Below the pieces are notes generated by a model that saw only the letters and a list, made by a program, of their open reading frames with translations, did no database searches and had not been told where the DNA came from. Positions 1 to 12,799 of a DNA stretch of 64,000 nt are shown here, piece after piece. This DNA is from Eledone cirrhosa (taxonomy: Eukaryota), in the NCBI GenBank assembly GCA_964016885.1, contig OZ024743.1, positions 280,054,001-280,118,000 of the forward strand, given 5' to 3'. The number at the start of each line of letters is the position of its first letter. Position 1 is the stretch's first letter. The position numbers were made by a program, and so were the translations under genes.

Positions 1-144
1 TTTCTTGCATTCAAGATTTTCCACATTTTCTAAGCATATATATATATTTTTTTGTATATATATGCCTATATATATATATGTGTGTGTGTGTGTGTCTGTG
101 TGTCTCTCTCTTTCTCTCTCTCTCTCACACTCTCTCTCTCTCAC

Positions 145-212
<68 letters not shown>

Positions 213-1469
213 AGATCTGTACATGTTTAAAGAATATATATTCTGAGAGAGAGACGCCATATACATATTTAGGCATATATATGTATGCCTGTGTGTGTGA
301 GAGAGAGAGAGCGTATTATTCGAATTAACCTAGAATTTTCAATTTTATTTTTATTATCCATCCCATTCCGTGTACGACAGGACATTGACATCCTGGAACC
401 ACAGATGGGTTGATATTTCATAGCAGTTATCCGTGTGTCTGTGACAATAAATTACCGCTTCTTCAGTAGTTTCATCACACAAAAAGTGTAACATAGGAAT
501 AGATCAGTCGTAATTTTTCAAGCACTGATGTTTGTGTCCTATATTGATTTAATACCTGTGCCTAGGAGGTGGAATCTTTATCTTGCCATGTTGTTACACG
601 TCTTCGTAGTCATGAAAGTTCATGATGTGGAGACAATGCATCTTTAAAGACAATGCTGAAATGTGACAAATGTTGGTCATACTCGGGCGCTAGTCGACAG
701 CCATCGCGTATGCGTGCATGTATGTATATGCATATGAATGTATGTATGTATGTATGTATGTATGCATGTAGACACGTCTTGATGTATGTATGTATATGCA
801 TATGTATGTATATGCATATGTATATTAATACGTATGTATATTAATATGTATATGCGTGTTTATTTATCTATTTGTTTATGTATGTCCAAATTATGTTATG
901 TCGAAGACATCTCAGGATAAACTACTTCCACATCGAGGAAAATTCGATATGAATAAATAAATATTATAATATCATGTCTAACAAGATAAACACCATATAT
1001 ACAAAATATAGCACAAATAATAAAACATAAACATAATATAATAAACACACAAAAAACATAATAAACATTTTAAAATTCCAGGTTGCTAAAACGAAGAAAA
1101 AAAAGAGAGTAAACAAACTTGTAAACAAGCCAAAACATACAATTTTAAAGAAACGCTAAAGATATTTCACACTGAACTAGGTTACTTTGTGTAATAGCTT
1201 TAAGCACTTTTTTTTCTAGGTTCTGCTGCTGCTACTGCTACTACTACTATTCTTGTTGTTATTGTTGTTATTGTTGTTATTGTTGTTATTGTTGTTGATT
1301 GTTGTCGTCGTCGTCGTTGTTGTTGATTTTGTTGTATTTGTATGATGATATTTTGGTTCAATCAGATGGTCCGTGATTTAGTGTCGGCAGATCTAGGTCA
1401 TCCATACAACAAAAATGCAGCGGATTAATGTCTCGTTCGTTATACACTGATGTTCACTTGGTTAGATGT

Positions 1470-2080
1470 TCTACCGCCAACAACACTACAACACTATCCC
1501 CATAACCACCACCAACAACTCAACCAACACAATCAACACTACGAACAACAACACTAACAACAACACCACAACTTCCACCCACAGCAACACCAGGAACAAC
1601 AACACAAACCACACCAACAACAAACCAACACAATTCTCACCAACACTAATAACAGCAGCACAAATAACACCACCAACAAGACGAACAACAGTATGATCAT
1701 CATTCACCCCACCCCCCCAACCCGCCCCAGATGCCAACACTAACAACAGAATCAATAACAACAACAAAACCTACATCAAAAACAGGACCAACAGCAAAAG
1801 TACCAATACCAGCACCACTACCAACAACCAAAGTACCAATACCAGCACCACTACCAACAACAAAAGCACCAGCACGAACACCAACTACAGCACCAATACC
1901 AACAGCGCCAATACCGAAATCCAGCACCCACACCACCATCACCAACATGAGCAACAATAGCACCAAATTCAACTACAGCATGGACACCAGCCCCAACAAC
2001 AGCATCAATACCTCCAACACCAACAGCCTCAAAACCAACACCACCAACACGACCAACATGACTTGCACCAACATCAACAA
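1470..2080. repeat. CAA/CCA-rich low-complexity tract
   Basis: Degenerate (ACC/AAC)n with a short 30-bp duplication. The ORFs here are compositional artefacts. Confidence 0.8.
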
Positions 2081-2122
2081 AAGTCTTTCTGTGTTCGAGT
2101 CATTAATTAGAAATAACTAAAT

Positions 2123-2309
2123 AGGGTGGTGGATTGGTAGTATCGGTAGAGGGTCGGACGCCATGCTTTCCAGCATAGTTACGTCCCTTTACGATCTGAG
2201 TTCAAATCCCGCCGAGGTTGACTTTGCCTTTCATCCTTACGGGGTCGATAAAATAAAAGTACCAGTAATGCACTGGGTAATTGCTGGCCTTGTGCCTAAA
2301 GTAGAAACA
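2123..2309 (+). mobile_element. tRNA-derived SINE, copy 1 of a tandem pair
   Basis: A-box-like TTGGTAGTATCGG, B-box GAGTTCAAATCCC and central GCCTTTCATCCTTACGGGGTCGATAAA domain (MetaSINE/Sauria-like). Near-identical copies occur elsewhere in the window. Confidence 0.85.
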
Positions 2310-2326
2310 ATTAATTAGAAATAACT

Positions 2327-2510
2327 GAGGGCGGTGAATTGGCAGAATTGGTAGAGGGTTGGACATGCTTTCCAGCATAGTTATGTCCCTTTACGATCTG
2401 AGTTTAAATCCCGCTAAGGTTAACTTTGCCTTTCATCCTTACGAGGTCGATAAAATAAAGTACCAGTAATGTACTGGGTAATTGCTGGCCTTGTGCCGAA
2501 AGTAGAAACA
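2327..2510 (+). mobile_element. tRNA-derived SINE, copy 2 of a tandem pair
   Basis: Same head and core as 2123-2309. Bounded by the repeat ATTAATTAGAAATAACT. Confidence 0.85.
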
Positions 2511-2779
2511 ATTAATTAGAAATAACTGCTAAATATTACTCAAATTGAACCTTAGAGATAGAGAAGATTATGATAATGGATCATACCGTTCTTGTGATCA
2601 GGAAAGAAAAAATGGATGATCACGGCTGGAATGTCTTTCATCAGAGGTCTGTTGAATCAGTGATGACCTAAAAATGTGCAACAACAACAACGATGATAAC
2701 GATAATAATAGCAGCAGCAGAAATACCAACAATATTAGAAACAGCAGCCACACCGGAAGTGGCAATTTGTTTGTTATTT

Positions 2780-3580
2780 ATTGTTTGGTGGCAGTGGTGG
2801 TGGGGAATAGGTATTGGTTGTGGTATCGTATTGGTGTTGGTATCGGTAGTGGTATTGGTGGAAGTGATGGTTTTGGTGGTAGTGGTGGTGGTGGTATTTG
2901 TGGTGATGGTTGTGGTACTTGTGGTGGTGGTGATGGTGGTAGTGGTGGTGGTGGTGGTGGTTGTAGTTGTGGTGGTGCTTGTTGTGATGGTGCTTGTTGT
3001 GATGGTGGTGATATTGGTAGAGGTGGTACTTGTATTGTTGGTGGTGGTAGTGGTGGTTATAGTGATATTAGTAGTGATGGTGATGGTTCTAGTGCAGCTG
3101 ATGGTGATATATCCATAAGTGAAGGCAAACCTGATGGTCCGGACCGTGATAGTAAGAATGCTTGTGGAAATAGCTGGCTGGTTGTGCTGCTTATTTTGGT
3201 GAAGATGATGTTTGTGCTGCTGGTATTGGTGCAGTAGAGATGATAGAAATATTGAAACTTAAAGTGATGATGCTGTTATCATTGTTGTTAGTGGTGATTG
3301 CCATGCTGCTGATGTGAATGATGATGATGACGATGATGGTGGTGGTTGTGGTGGTGGTGATGATGATGATGATGATGATGAAGGTGATGATCATGATGGT
3401 GATGCTCATGATGGTGATGATCATGATGGTGATGATGATGATGATGATCATGATCATGATGATGATGATGATGATGATGAGGAGGAGGAGGAGGAGGAGG
3501 AGGAGGAGGAGGAGGAGGAGGAAGAGGAGGGGGAATAAAGTGGAGGAGGAGGCGGAGGAGAAAGAGGAGGAAGGGTGAGT
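2780..3580. repeat. (GGT)n/(GAT)n/(GAG)n trinucleotide low-complexity tract
   Basis: Direct reading of the sequence. Confidence 0.9.
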
Positions 3581-4022
3581 AAGAAGAAGGCAATTGTTCT
3601 TCGAGGTTTTTGTGGTTTGTGGTGCTTAAATTTGTTGTTTCATATTTTTTACTGTTATTCCTCCTGATTTTGTAGGAGATAATTATAGGTAAAAGGTACT
3701 TATCAATCTATCTTTAACTCTATATGACTACCTATCATGCTACTTATTTATTTATCTACCTAGCTATATCTCGTTTTCTCTCTACCTATTCATCTATTTG
3801 TCTCTTTTTCTATGTCTTTGCAAATATCCATCTATCAGTTCATTTACGGATCTTTGCACCCATGCACCGATCTACTTATCGAGCTGTCTATCTATGCTAA
3901 TCTTTTCATATATCTAGCAACCTGTTTATCTATTTATATAATAATCTATCTACGAACTTTTCTATCTATCTATCTATCTATCTATCTATATAAATATATA
4001 TATATATGTATGCGTGTGTGTG

Positions 4023-4072
<50 letters not shown>

Positions 4073-4089
4073 CATATATATGCATACAC

Positions 4090-4171
<82 letters not shown>

Positions 4172-4559
4172 AACAATATATCAGCCAGGCAGTCAATATC
4201 TTATACTTTCACAGATTACCAATTGGCGATCAATAAGTGAAAATACAAGAAAGAAACCACATCCATGCGTAGTGTTCTAATTTTTCTATTTACGAACGCT
4301 GATTTTTTTTTTCAACATTCGTCGACATCGTTTTCCTCTTCGGTTTGTGGCTCTTCTTCCCCTTCTTTTTCGCTTCATTTTCCATTCCTTCCTTTCCAAT
4401 CCCCCATTTTTCCGCCTACACCAATCATTTTTTCTTCTACTTTTTCTTATTCAACTTCGTTTTCCAATTCTCTTCAAATTTTGATTTCATTCTCCTTCCT
4501 GTATCTCCTTCCTTTCGTATACAGTTTTTTGTCTTTCTCGGTGACCTACATTTAGCATT

Positions 4560-4740
4560 ATTAGTAGTAGTATCGGTAGAAAGTCGGACGCCATGCTTTG
4601 CAGCATAGAGTTACGTCTCTTTATAATCTGAGTTCAAATCCCGCCGAGGTTCACTTTGCCTTTCATCCTTACGGTGTCGATAAAATAAAGTACCAGTAAT
4701 GTACTGGTTAGTTGCTGGCCTTGTGCCAAAAGTAGAAATA
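4560..4740 (+). mobile_element. tRNA-derived SINE (same family)
   Basis: GAGTTCAAATCCCGCCGAGG...GCCTTTCATCC...GTAGAAA followed by a (TAA)n/(TAG)n tail. Confidence 0.85.
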
Positions 4741-4766
4741 ATAATAATAATTATTATTATTATTAT

Positions 4767-4799
<33 letters not shown>

Positions 4800-4934
4800 C
4801 AGTAGCAGTAGTAGTAGTAGTAGCAGTAGCAGTAGCAGTAGTAGTAGTAGTAGTAGTAGTGGTGGTAGTAGTAACAGTAACAGTATATTTCCATGATGAT
4901 ATTTTAAATTTTCAATATTATATATATATATATA

Positions 4935-4989
<55 letters not shown>

Positions 4990-5459
4990 ATACATTAAAC
5001 ACCAGAAGGCCGGAAAGGAAAATATGTATAATAATTTCTCAGAATGTAAGTTCTAAAGCAAATTTTTCAGTCCACCATTATGTTGTTGTTTAATAAATTC
5101 TTTACTCCGTTCATGTCCCAACCACTGGGTACCACATATATGATGAATGACTTGCATAGCGTCGAGTGCTTTAATTAATTTGTTGCATCATGGCTTTCCA
5201 AACGGAACAACCAGTTCTACCCATTGGTGATGATCAAACTAACTTAAATGGTATATATATATATTAAGACAGGGGGCAAGAAAAAAATGGCTTCACTTGT
5301 GCTTTCAACAAATTTATTTTCTTCACAAAATCCAAAAAGAATTTTTTTCCGGATTAGAAAAATGTTTTGTTTTTTTTTTTAATTTTATAAATTGAGTCGT
5401 TGGTTGTTGGTTAGGTCTTAGGAGATCTTGGTTAACGTAGGAGGTATTGTTTCGTTTTT

Positions 5460-5497
5460 AGAAAGACCTTTCACGCTGAGGTGCGCTTGTCAGACTG
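5460..5497 (-). ncRNA. Degenerate/variant hammerhead-like motif in the Neptune pLTR (second copy at 11519-11555, +)
   Basis: agt-YTGACAA-gcgc-acctca-gcgt-GAAA-ggtc-tt-tct. Helix II is good; helix I is imperfect. Confidence 0.4.
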
Positions 5498-6256
5498 ATG
5501 TGTATGTGGTGTGTTGTTCTATATATAGGGATTTAACATGTTTGTGGTGCGGTGGGGTTTTTTTCTCCCCCTTTAATAAGTGTAGGGGTGTAGGTGTGTT
5601 GAAAAAATGTTAATAGCAGTAATGAGTTGAGACAGTGAGTAGGGTTGGGTGGGGAGAAATGTAGCAAGCGCGGTCTGCCCCGGTCATTCTCGAAAAATTC
5701 CTTTATTCAGGGGAAAAAGCTTTTAGTATTCCTTTGTATCGAAAATGGTCATAGGCAAACCGCACCTGCCAAGCTTGTAAACAATTATTTTTTTCTGAAG
5801 AATTTTTCTACGTCCATCCCAAAATTAGTCCTTTGTTCAACACAACATATATGCGTATATACGTACATACACACACGGGAATATGTAGGGATATATAGGC
5901 ACACACCATCAATCACACACCCATGTACATATACATCCACATACATACATAAAAACATATAAAGACACATATAAAAACACATATACACATACGTACACAC
6001 ACGAATATGTACTCATACCTTCACATGGGTGTATATATATATATATATATATACATACATATACATATATATACACACATAAAGATACATAACTAAATAT
6101 ACATATATACACATACACACACACATACACACGCACACACACACACACACACGTGTACACACACACACACATATACATATGTCCGTATATATACATCCGT
6201 TCACACATACATGCATACACACACACACATACACACATATATATATATAGAGGCAT

Positions 6257-6289
<33 letters not shown>

Positions 6290-6290
6290 C

Positions 6291-6353
<63 letters not shown>

Positions 6354-6383
6354 TAAACACATACAGACACATGCACACATATA

Positions 6384-6427
<44 letters not shown>

Positions 6428-6468
6428 CACATACAAACACATACATACACACATACATACACATACAT

Positions 6469-6561
<93 letters not shown>

Positions 6562-6635
6562 CATACATATATTCATGTGTACACATAAGAAGAGGGGGGG
6601 GTTAGTGAAATGGAATTTTACCTCCGAGTGTTAAT

Positions 6636-8890
6636 TCATTTTTTCGTGTTCAGTAGTGGTTTAAATTTTTCAATGAAGAATTCTTCTTTATATCTGCGGA
6701 AATGTTCGTTATCCGACCATATCTTGAAGAAAGGGAAGATTGTGAATTTTCCCTTCCCGCATGATGCAAAGTGTGCGCTACATGTGGTATTTCTGACTGT
6801 GGGGTCTTTAATTTGTTGTTTATGTACCCGGACTCTATCATGTAATCCCGTTCCGGTTTCCCCTATGTAATACTCTTTACACTGTGGACATGTTGCGCAA
6901 TATATTAGGATTTTCGTTTTGCAGTTCATGTCTGCATTGACCTTGAAATTATCATGGTTTTTGAAGGACAACTGTTTGCCCTCTTCGATGAGTTCACAGG
7001 TTCCACATCTAATGTCACCGCATTTCGTCACTTGCATTGATTCCATGTTGGTCGTAAATTTTGCCTTGGTAATTAGTTTTTTAAGGTTGACTGCTTGGCG
7101 TCTGCTATAAATTATCTGTGTGTTTTTTAAGAGTGCATTCATTTTGGTAGATTGCTGTAGAATCGGGAGATACTGCTTAGCAGTTTTCATAATGTTGGCG
7201 TTCCCTGGGTTGTGAGTGATGACAAAAGAGATAGCAGGGTTTTCTTTTTTATGTTGTGGGTTTGGTTTTCTCAGTGTTGTTATTGGGATGTTCTTAGCCT
7301 TGGAGATGGCTGCGTTGATGAGTTTCATCGGGTATTCTTGTTTTTTAAGGAATTTTTTCAGGTCACATAATCTTTTTTCTTGTAGTACGGGGTGTGTTGC
7401 TATAGTGCAGATGCGCCTTGCCATGTTGAAGGGAATGTTCCTTTTCGTATCTGAGGGGTGTGCTGACCGGAAATTTAAGTATTGGTGTGTGTCAGTGGGT
7501 TTGCAAAATAGGTCCGTTAGGATATTTCCCCTTCTTTAATGAAGAGGATATCTAGAAAGGGTAGTTCCTTTTCGTTACATTCCATAGTGAATTGTATAGC
7601 TTCATGAAGCCTGTTTAAGATCGAATAAAATTTTTGTAGGTCTGTTTGGCTTCTGTTCCAGAAGATGAAGCAGTCATCTAGGTAACGTTTCCAGTTTTTA
7701 TTAATGTAGAAGGCGAAGTCGTGACTGAATGTTATCTGTAATTGGGAATATAATTTTGCCTCTAAGTGACCCATAACGAGCGTTGCATATGTAGGGGCCA
7801 CTTTGGTACCCATGGCTGTTCCTTTTATTTGTAGATAAAGTTCGTTGTCAAAGATGAAGTGGTTGTTTTCCAATACTAATTTAAGTCCTTCCAAGATGAA
7901 TTCTTTGGGGAATCTTTCTGAAATGTGACTTGAGTGTTTTGTAATCCAGAAGTCCACACTTTCAATCCCTAGGTCGTGTGGGATGTTAGTGTACAGGCTT
8001 ATTGCATCAAAACTGACTAGGATTGTATCCTGGTGTACTTTTGGGGGGATATAGTTAAGGAATTCCATATCATCTCTGATGTAGCTTGGAACTTTTTTAC
8101 ATAGGGGTTTGAGTATGATGTCTAATAGGTTGCTTACACGCTGTGTGCTTGAGGCTGGGCCAACAATAATGGGGCGTAATTTTAAGTCTGTCGGTTTTGG
8201 TGCTTCGATGTATGATGTATTTTCCCCTTTTATGTTGTTTTGGATTTCTATGGACTTGTGAATTTTTGGTAATCCATAGAAATTGCTGGTTTTCATTTCG
8301 AAGTTGGTTAGGTAATCTACTTCTTTTGGTGTTAGGTTGTTTTGGTACTTTGTTGTTAGTTTGCCTATTTGGTTCCTCGATTTCCTTTCTTCATTTTTAG
8401 TGATTTTCCTGTAGAAGTTTTCGTCATTCAAGTGTGCTAGAACCATATCTTTGTAGTGGTTTATGTCCATGATGACGATTGCTCCACCTTTGTCCGCTTC
8501 TTTTATTATTATTGAGGAATCCCTTTGTAGCTTGTTCAATGCTAGTAGTTGGTCTGTAGGGATGTTGCGTTTGTGTTTCGTCTCGGCCGTATTTGTACGT
8601 GCTGATCGGCGAAGGCAGGTTATGTACTCCTCCAGGTATTTATCTCTATTTAGCGGAGGTGTGAAGTTCTTTTTGTTTTTCACCAATGATTCTTCCTCGT
8701 ATTGTACACCCTGGAAGAATTCTCCTAAGCGTAATTTTCGACAGTATTCTTCTGTGTCTGTAATAACATCGGCTGTATCTGCTTTCGGAGTGGGAGTGAA
8801 CTTCAGTCCATTTTCTAACAGTTGTATTTCTAGTTGTGTTAATTTCTTGGCTGATATATTGATTTTTTTGGTTCGATTGGTTCTTTCTCG
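6636..8890 (-). pseudogene. PLE reverse transcriptase + Zn-finger linker + GIY-YIG endonuclease (frameshift near 7517)
   Basis: Motifs LLENGLKFTPTP, ADKGGAIVIM, FYGLPKIHK, LRPII, SFDAISLYTNIP, GTAMGTKVAPTYA, WKRYLDD, LPFLD, CGDIRCGTC, LIYCATCPQCKEYYIGET. Confidence 0.95.
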
Positions 8891-10075
8891 TCAGGTGCCA
8901 CTTGAAAGGTGGTGCTTTTTTCTTTTTTTCTTTCATTTGGTGCGAGGCCCCTAGTCCTAAAAAATGGGTGCCATTTGGGATAGGGGTGTTTCTGTTGTGG
9001 TGAAACCTTTGGCCCGCCGGAACTTCATGCCGGTAACTGGTTGGGCGATAGACTCTTGCGTGGTCGTTGCTGTAAGGGGGTCTGGTTCTTCTGTTGTTTC
9101 GTTCAGTATTCATGTGTCTTTGATTTTGTCTCCGGTAATTGTTCTTGGTGTTATGGCAGTGGTTGTATCTGGTTCTGGTGTTGAGTATTGGGTCTGTATG
9201 TAGTTGTGTGTTTGAGGTTACCCGATATCTGGTTGGTGTTGGTTTATTGTGTGTGGGTGCTTCATTTCTTGTGTTGTTGTATTTTCCTGAGTTCTGGGGT
9301 TTCCTATGGGTTTGTTTTCTGGGTTTTATTTGGTCTTTCCCATAGTTATCTTCATATCCTTGAAGCCATTGAGTTCTTGATTCCAAGATTTTCTTTGATT
9401 TTAACTCCTCTCTAGTTGTATCTGTCTGCCATAGGTTAAGGAGTTATTTACGTACATTGCCGCTGCTTCTTTTGTTTATTTCCTCTTGGATGGTGGTGTC
9501 GCATTTTTCAAATTTCTCTTTGAATTTTGGCACTCTTAGGCGGAGTAGGGTGATTTCGGTCTCAAGTGTTTGGAGTGCTCGATTTAGTCTTGTTGCAGTT
9601 TCTTCCTTTGATTCCGATGGTACTTCTTTAATTCGGAATTTTCTCGGGAGGATAACTGGTTCCTTGCTACGCCATATTTTGTATGTGTCTGCTAGGTTTT
9701 CACTCCTCAAGGCTTTCCACTATGCCTGTTTTCTTTGATTTAATAGTTGGTTCCAAATGTTTTTAATTTGGTTTCTTTTTCTGTAGGCTTCTTTTTCTAG
9801 ATTCAGTTCATTCCATTCTTTGAATGCATTATTGGTGATGGAGTTCTGTTCATGTGTAGCTATTTCAGGGGAAAAGGTTTGTTCTTGTTTTTGTCGGTCT
9901 GTAATTAGTGAATCAGGTTTTTCCCTATAGCTGCGTGTTTGTTGTTCCATTTCTTGTACGGCATTCGGAAGGGAATCATATTTATCTATTATTATGGTGA
10001 GTTTTTCTGATATTTCCTGTAGTAGTGTCTCCGATTTGAGGGATTCAGTAGAGGATTTTGAACGTGTGTTAGCCA
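8850..10075 (-). pseudogene. PLE N-terminal ORF1-like region (charged/helical, then basic), interrupted by a stop and a frameshift
   Basis: Collinear fragments 9720-10100, 9444-9710 and 8646-9386 start at MANTRSKSS, directly after the pLTR sequence. Confidence 0.7.
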
Positions 10076-10280
10076 TTCTGTCTTGTACAAGGGGATACAA
10101 TATTGGAAAATGTGTGTAATCCTTGGTACAGTTAGGTATATTAAGACAGGGGGGGAATAAAAAAAAAATGGCTTCACTTGTGCTTTCAACAAAGTTATTT
10201 TCTTCACAAAATCCAAAAAGAATTGTTTTCCGGATTAGAAAAATTTTTTTATTTTTTTTATTTTATAAATTGAGTCGTTG

Positions 10281-10494
10281 GGGACTACATGATAGAGTTC
10301 GGGTACATAAACAACAAATTAAAGACCCCACAGTCAGAAATACCACATGTAGCGCACACTTTGCATCATGCGGGAAGGGAAAATTCACAATCTTCCCTTT
10401 CTTCAAGATATGGTCGGATAACGAACATTTCCGCAGATATAAAGAAGATTTCTTCATTGAAAAATTTAAACCACTACTGAACACGAAAAAATGA
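10281..10494 (+). pseudogene. Inverted duplicate of the GIY-YIG C-terminus (part of the inverted pLTR)
   Basis: GLHDRVRVHKQQIKDP...KPLLNTKK, nearly identical to the end of ORF 6636-7424. Confidence 0.95.
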
Positions 10495-10570
10495 ATTAAC
10501 ACTCGGAGATAAAATTCCATTTCACTAACCCCCCCCCCTCTTCTTATGTGTACACATGAATATATGTATG

Positions 10571-10615
<45 letters not shown>

Positions 10616-10720
10616 GTGTGTATGTATGTGTTTGTATGTGTATGTGTATATATATATATATATATAAATATATATATATTTGTATATATATGTATATGTG
10701 TGTATGTGTCTGTATGTGTT

Positions 10721-10767
<47 letters not shown>

Positions 10768-10852
10768 ATGCCTCTATATATATATATATATGTGTGTGTG
10801 TATTTGTGTGTGTATGCATGTATGTGTGAACGGATGTATATATACGGACATA

Positions 10853-10899
<47 letters not shown>

Positions 10900-12099
10900 A
10901 TATGTATATTTAGTTATGTATCTTTATGTGTGTATATATATGTATATGTATGTATATATATATAGATATATACCCATGTGGAGGTATGAGTACATATTCG
11001 TGTGTGTACGTATGTGTATATGTGTTTTTATATGTGTCTTTATATGTTTTTATGTATGTATGTGGATGTATATGTACATGGGTGTGTGATTGATGGTGTG
11101 TGCCTATATATCCCTACATATGCCCGTGTGTGTATGTACGTATATACGCACATATGTGTGTGTTGAACAAAGGACTAATTTTGGGATGGACGTAGAAAAA
11201 TTTTTCAGAAAAAAATAATTGTTTACAAGCTTGGCAGGTGCGGTTTGCCTATGACCATTTTCGATACAAAGGAATACTAAAAGCTTTTTCCCCTGAATAA
11301 AGGAATTTTTCGAGAATGACCGGGGCAGGCCGCGCTTGCTACATTTCTCCCCACCCAACCCTACTCACTGTCTCAACTCATTACTGCTATTAACATTTTT
11401 TCAACACACCTACAGCCCTCCACTTATTAAAGAGGGAGAAAAAGAAGAAAAAAAAAACCCCACCGCACCACAAACATGTTAAATCCCTATATATAGAACA
11501 ACACACCATATACACATCAGTTTGACAAGCGCACCTCAGCGTGAAAGGTCTTTCTAAAAACGAAACAATACCTCCTACGTTAACCAAGAACTCCTAACAC
11601 CTAACCAACAAATTTAAAAAAAAAAAAAAATGTTTCTAATCCGGAAAAAAATTATTTTTGGATTTTGTGAAGAAAATAAATTTGTTGAAAGCACAAGTGA
11701 AGCCATTTTTTTCTTCCTCCCTGTCATAATATACCTAACTGCACCTAGGATTACACACATTTTCCAATATACATATATATATATATATATATATAGATAA
11801 TTTAATATATCTACTAACATAAGCGCACAGATGTACGCCAATGCCAGCATATACACAGGTTATGTCATAGTATCTAGGTGGTTCAATGCAGGAGGATGCA
11901 GAACAATAATATAAGAGACGTAAAATAAGAAAATTTAAAAAAAAAATTTAACAAAATTAACTTACTTAAATTTTCACTCCAACTAATTAGTTTCTGCAAT
12001 GGGATAAAGACAGTTACATAATGAACTGTTGAGAATTTCATTGCGTCATCAGGGAGATCTATTCTCAGCCAAGTCTCCAGGCAATGCGCGGACACTGGG

Positions 12100-12768
<669 letters not shown>

Positions 12769-12799
12769 TTGTATATATATATATATATGTATATATATG

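Larger units (their letters stand above)
5260..11770 (-). mobile_element. Near full-length Penelope-like element (Neptune-type) with an inverted pLTR, inserted in (TA)n
   Basis: Minus-strand RT + GIY-YIG. The 3' region 5260-6849 recurs inverted at about 10281-11735. The segment 10135-10281 is a direct copy of 5260-5403 leading into the ORF start. Confidence 0.93.

Noticed and set aside
355-500. Short minus-strand reading frame (MLHFLCDETTEEAVIYCH...) as a host exon
   Set aside because: No recognisable homology and no supporting splice signals.
1731-2120. Thr/Pro-rich mucin-like ORF
   Set aside because: It lies wholly in CAA/CCA low-complexity DNA and has no splice or domain evidence.
2123-2215. 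tRNA genes at SINE heads
   Set aside because: A/B boxes are present, but there is no intact cloverleaf and each continues into a SINE body.
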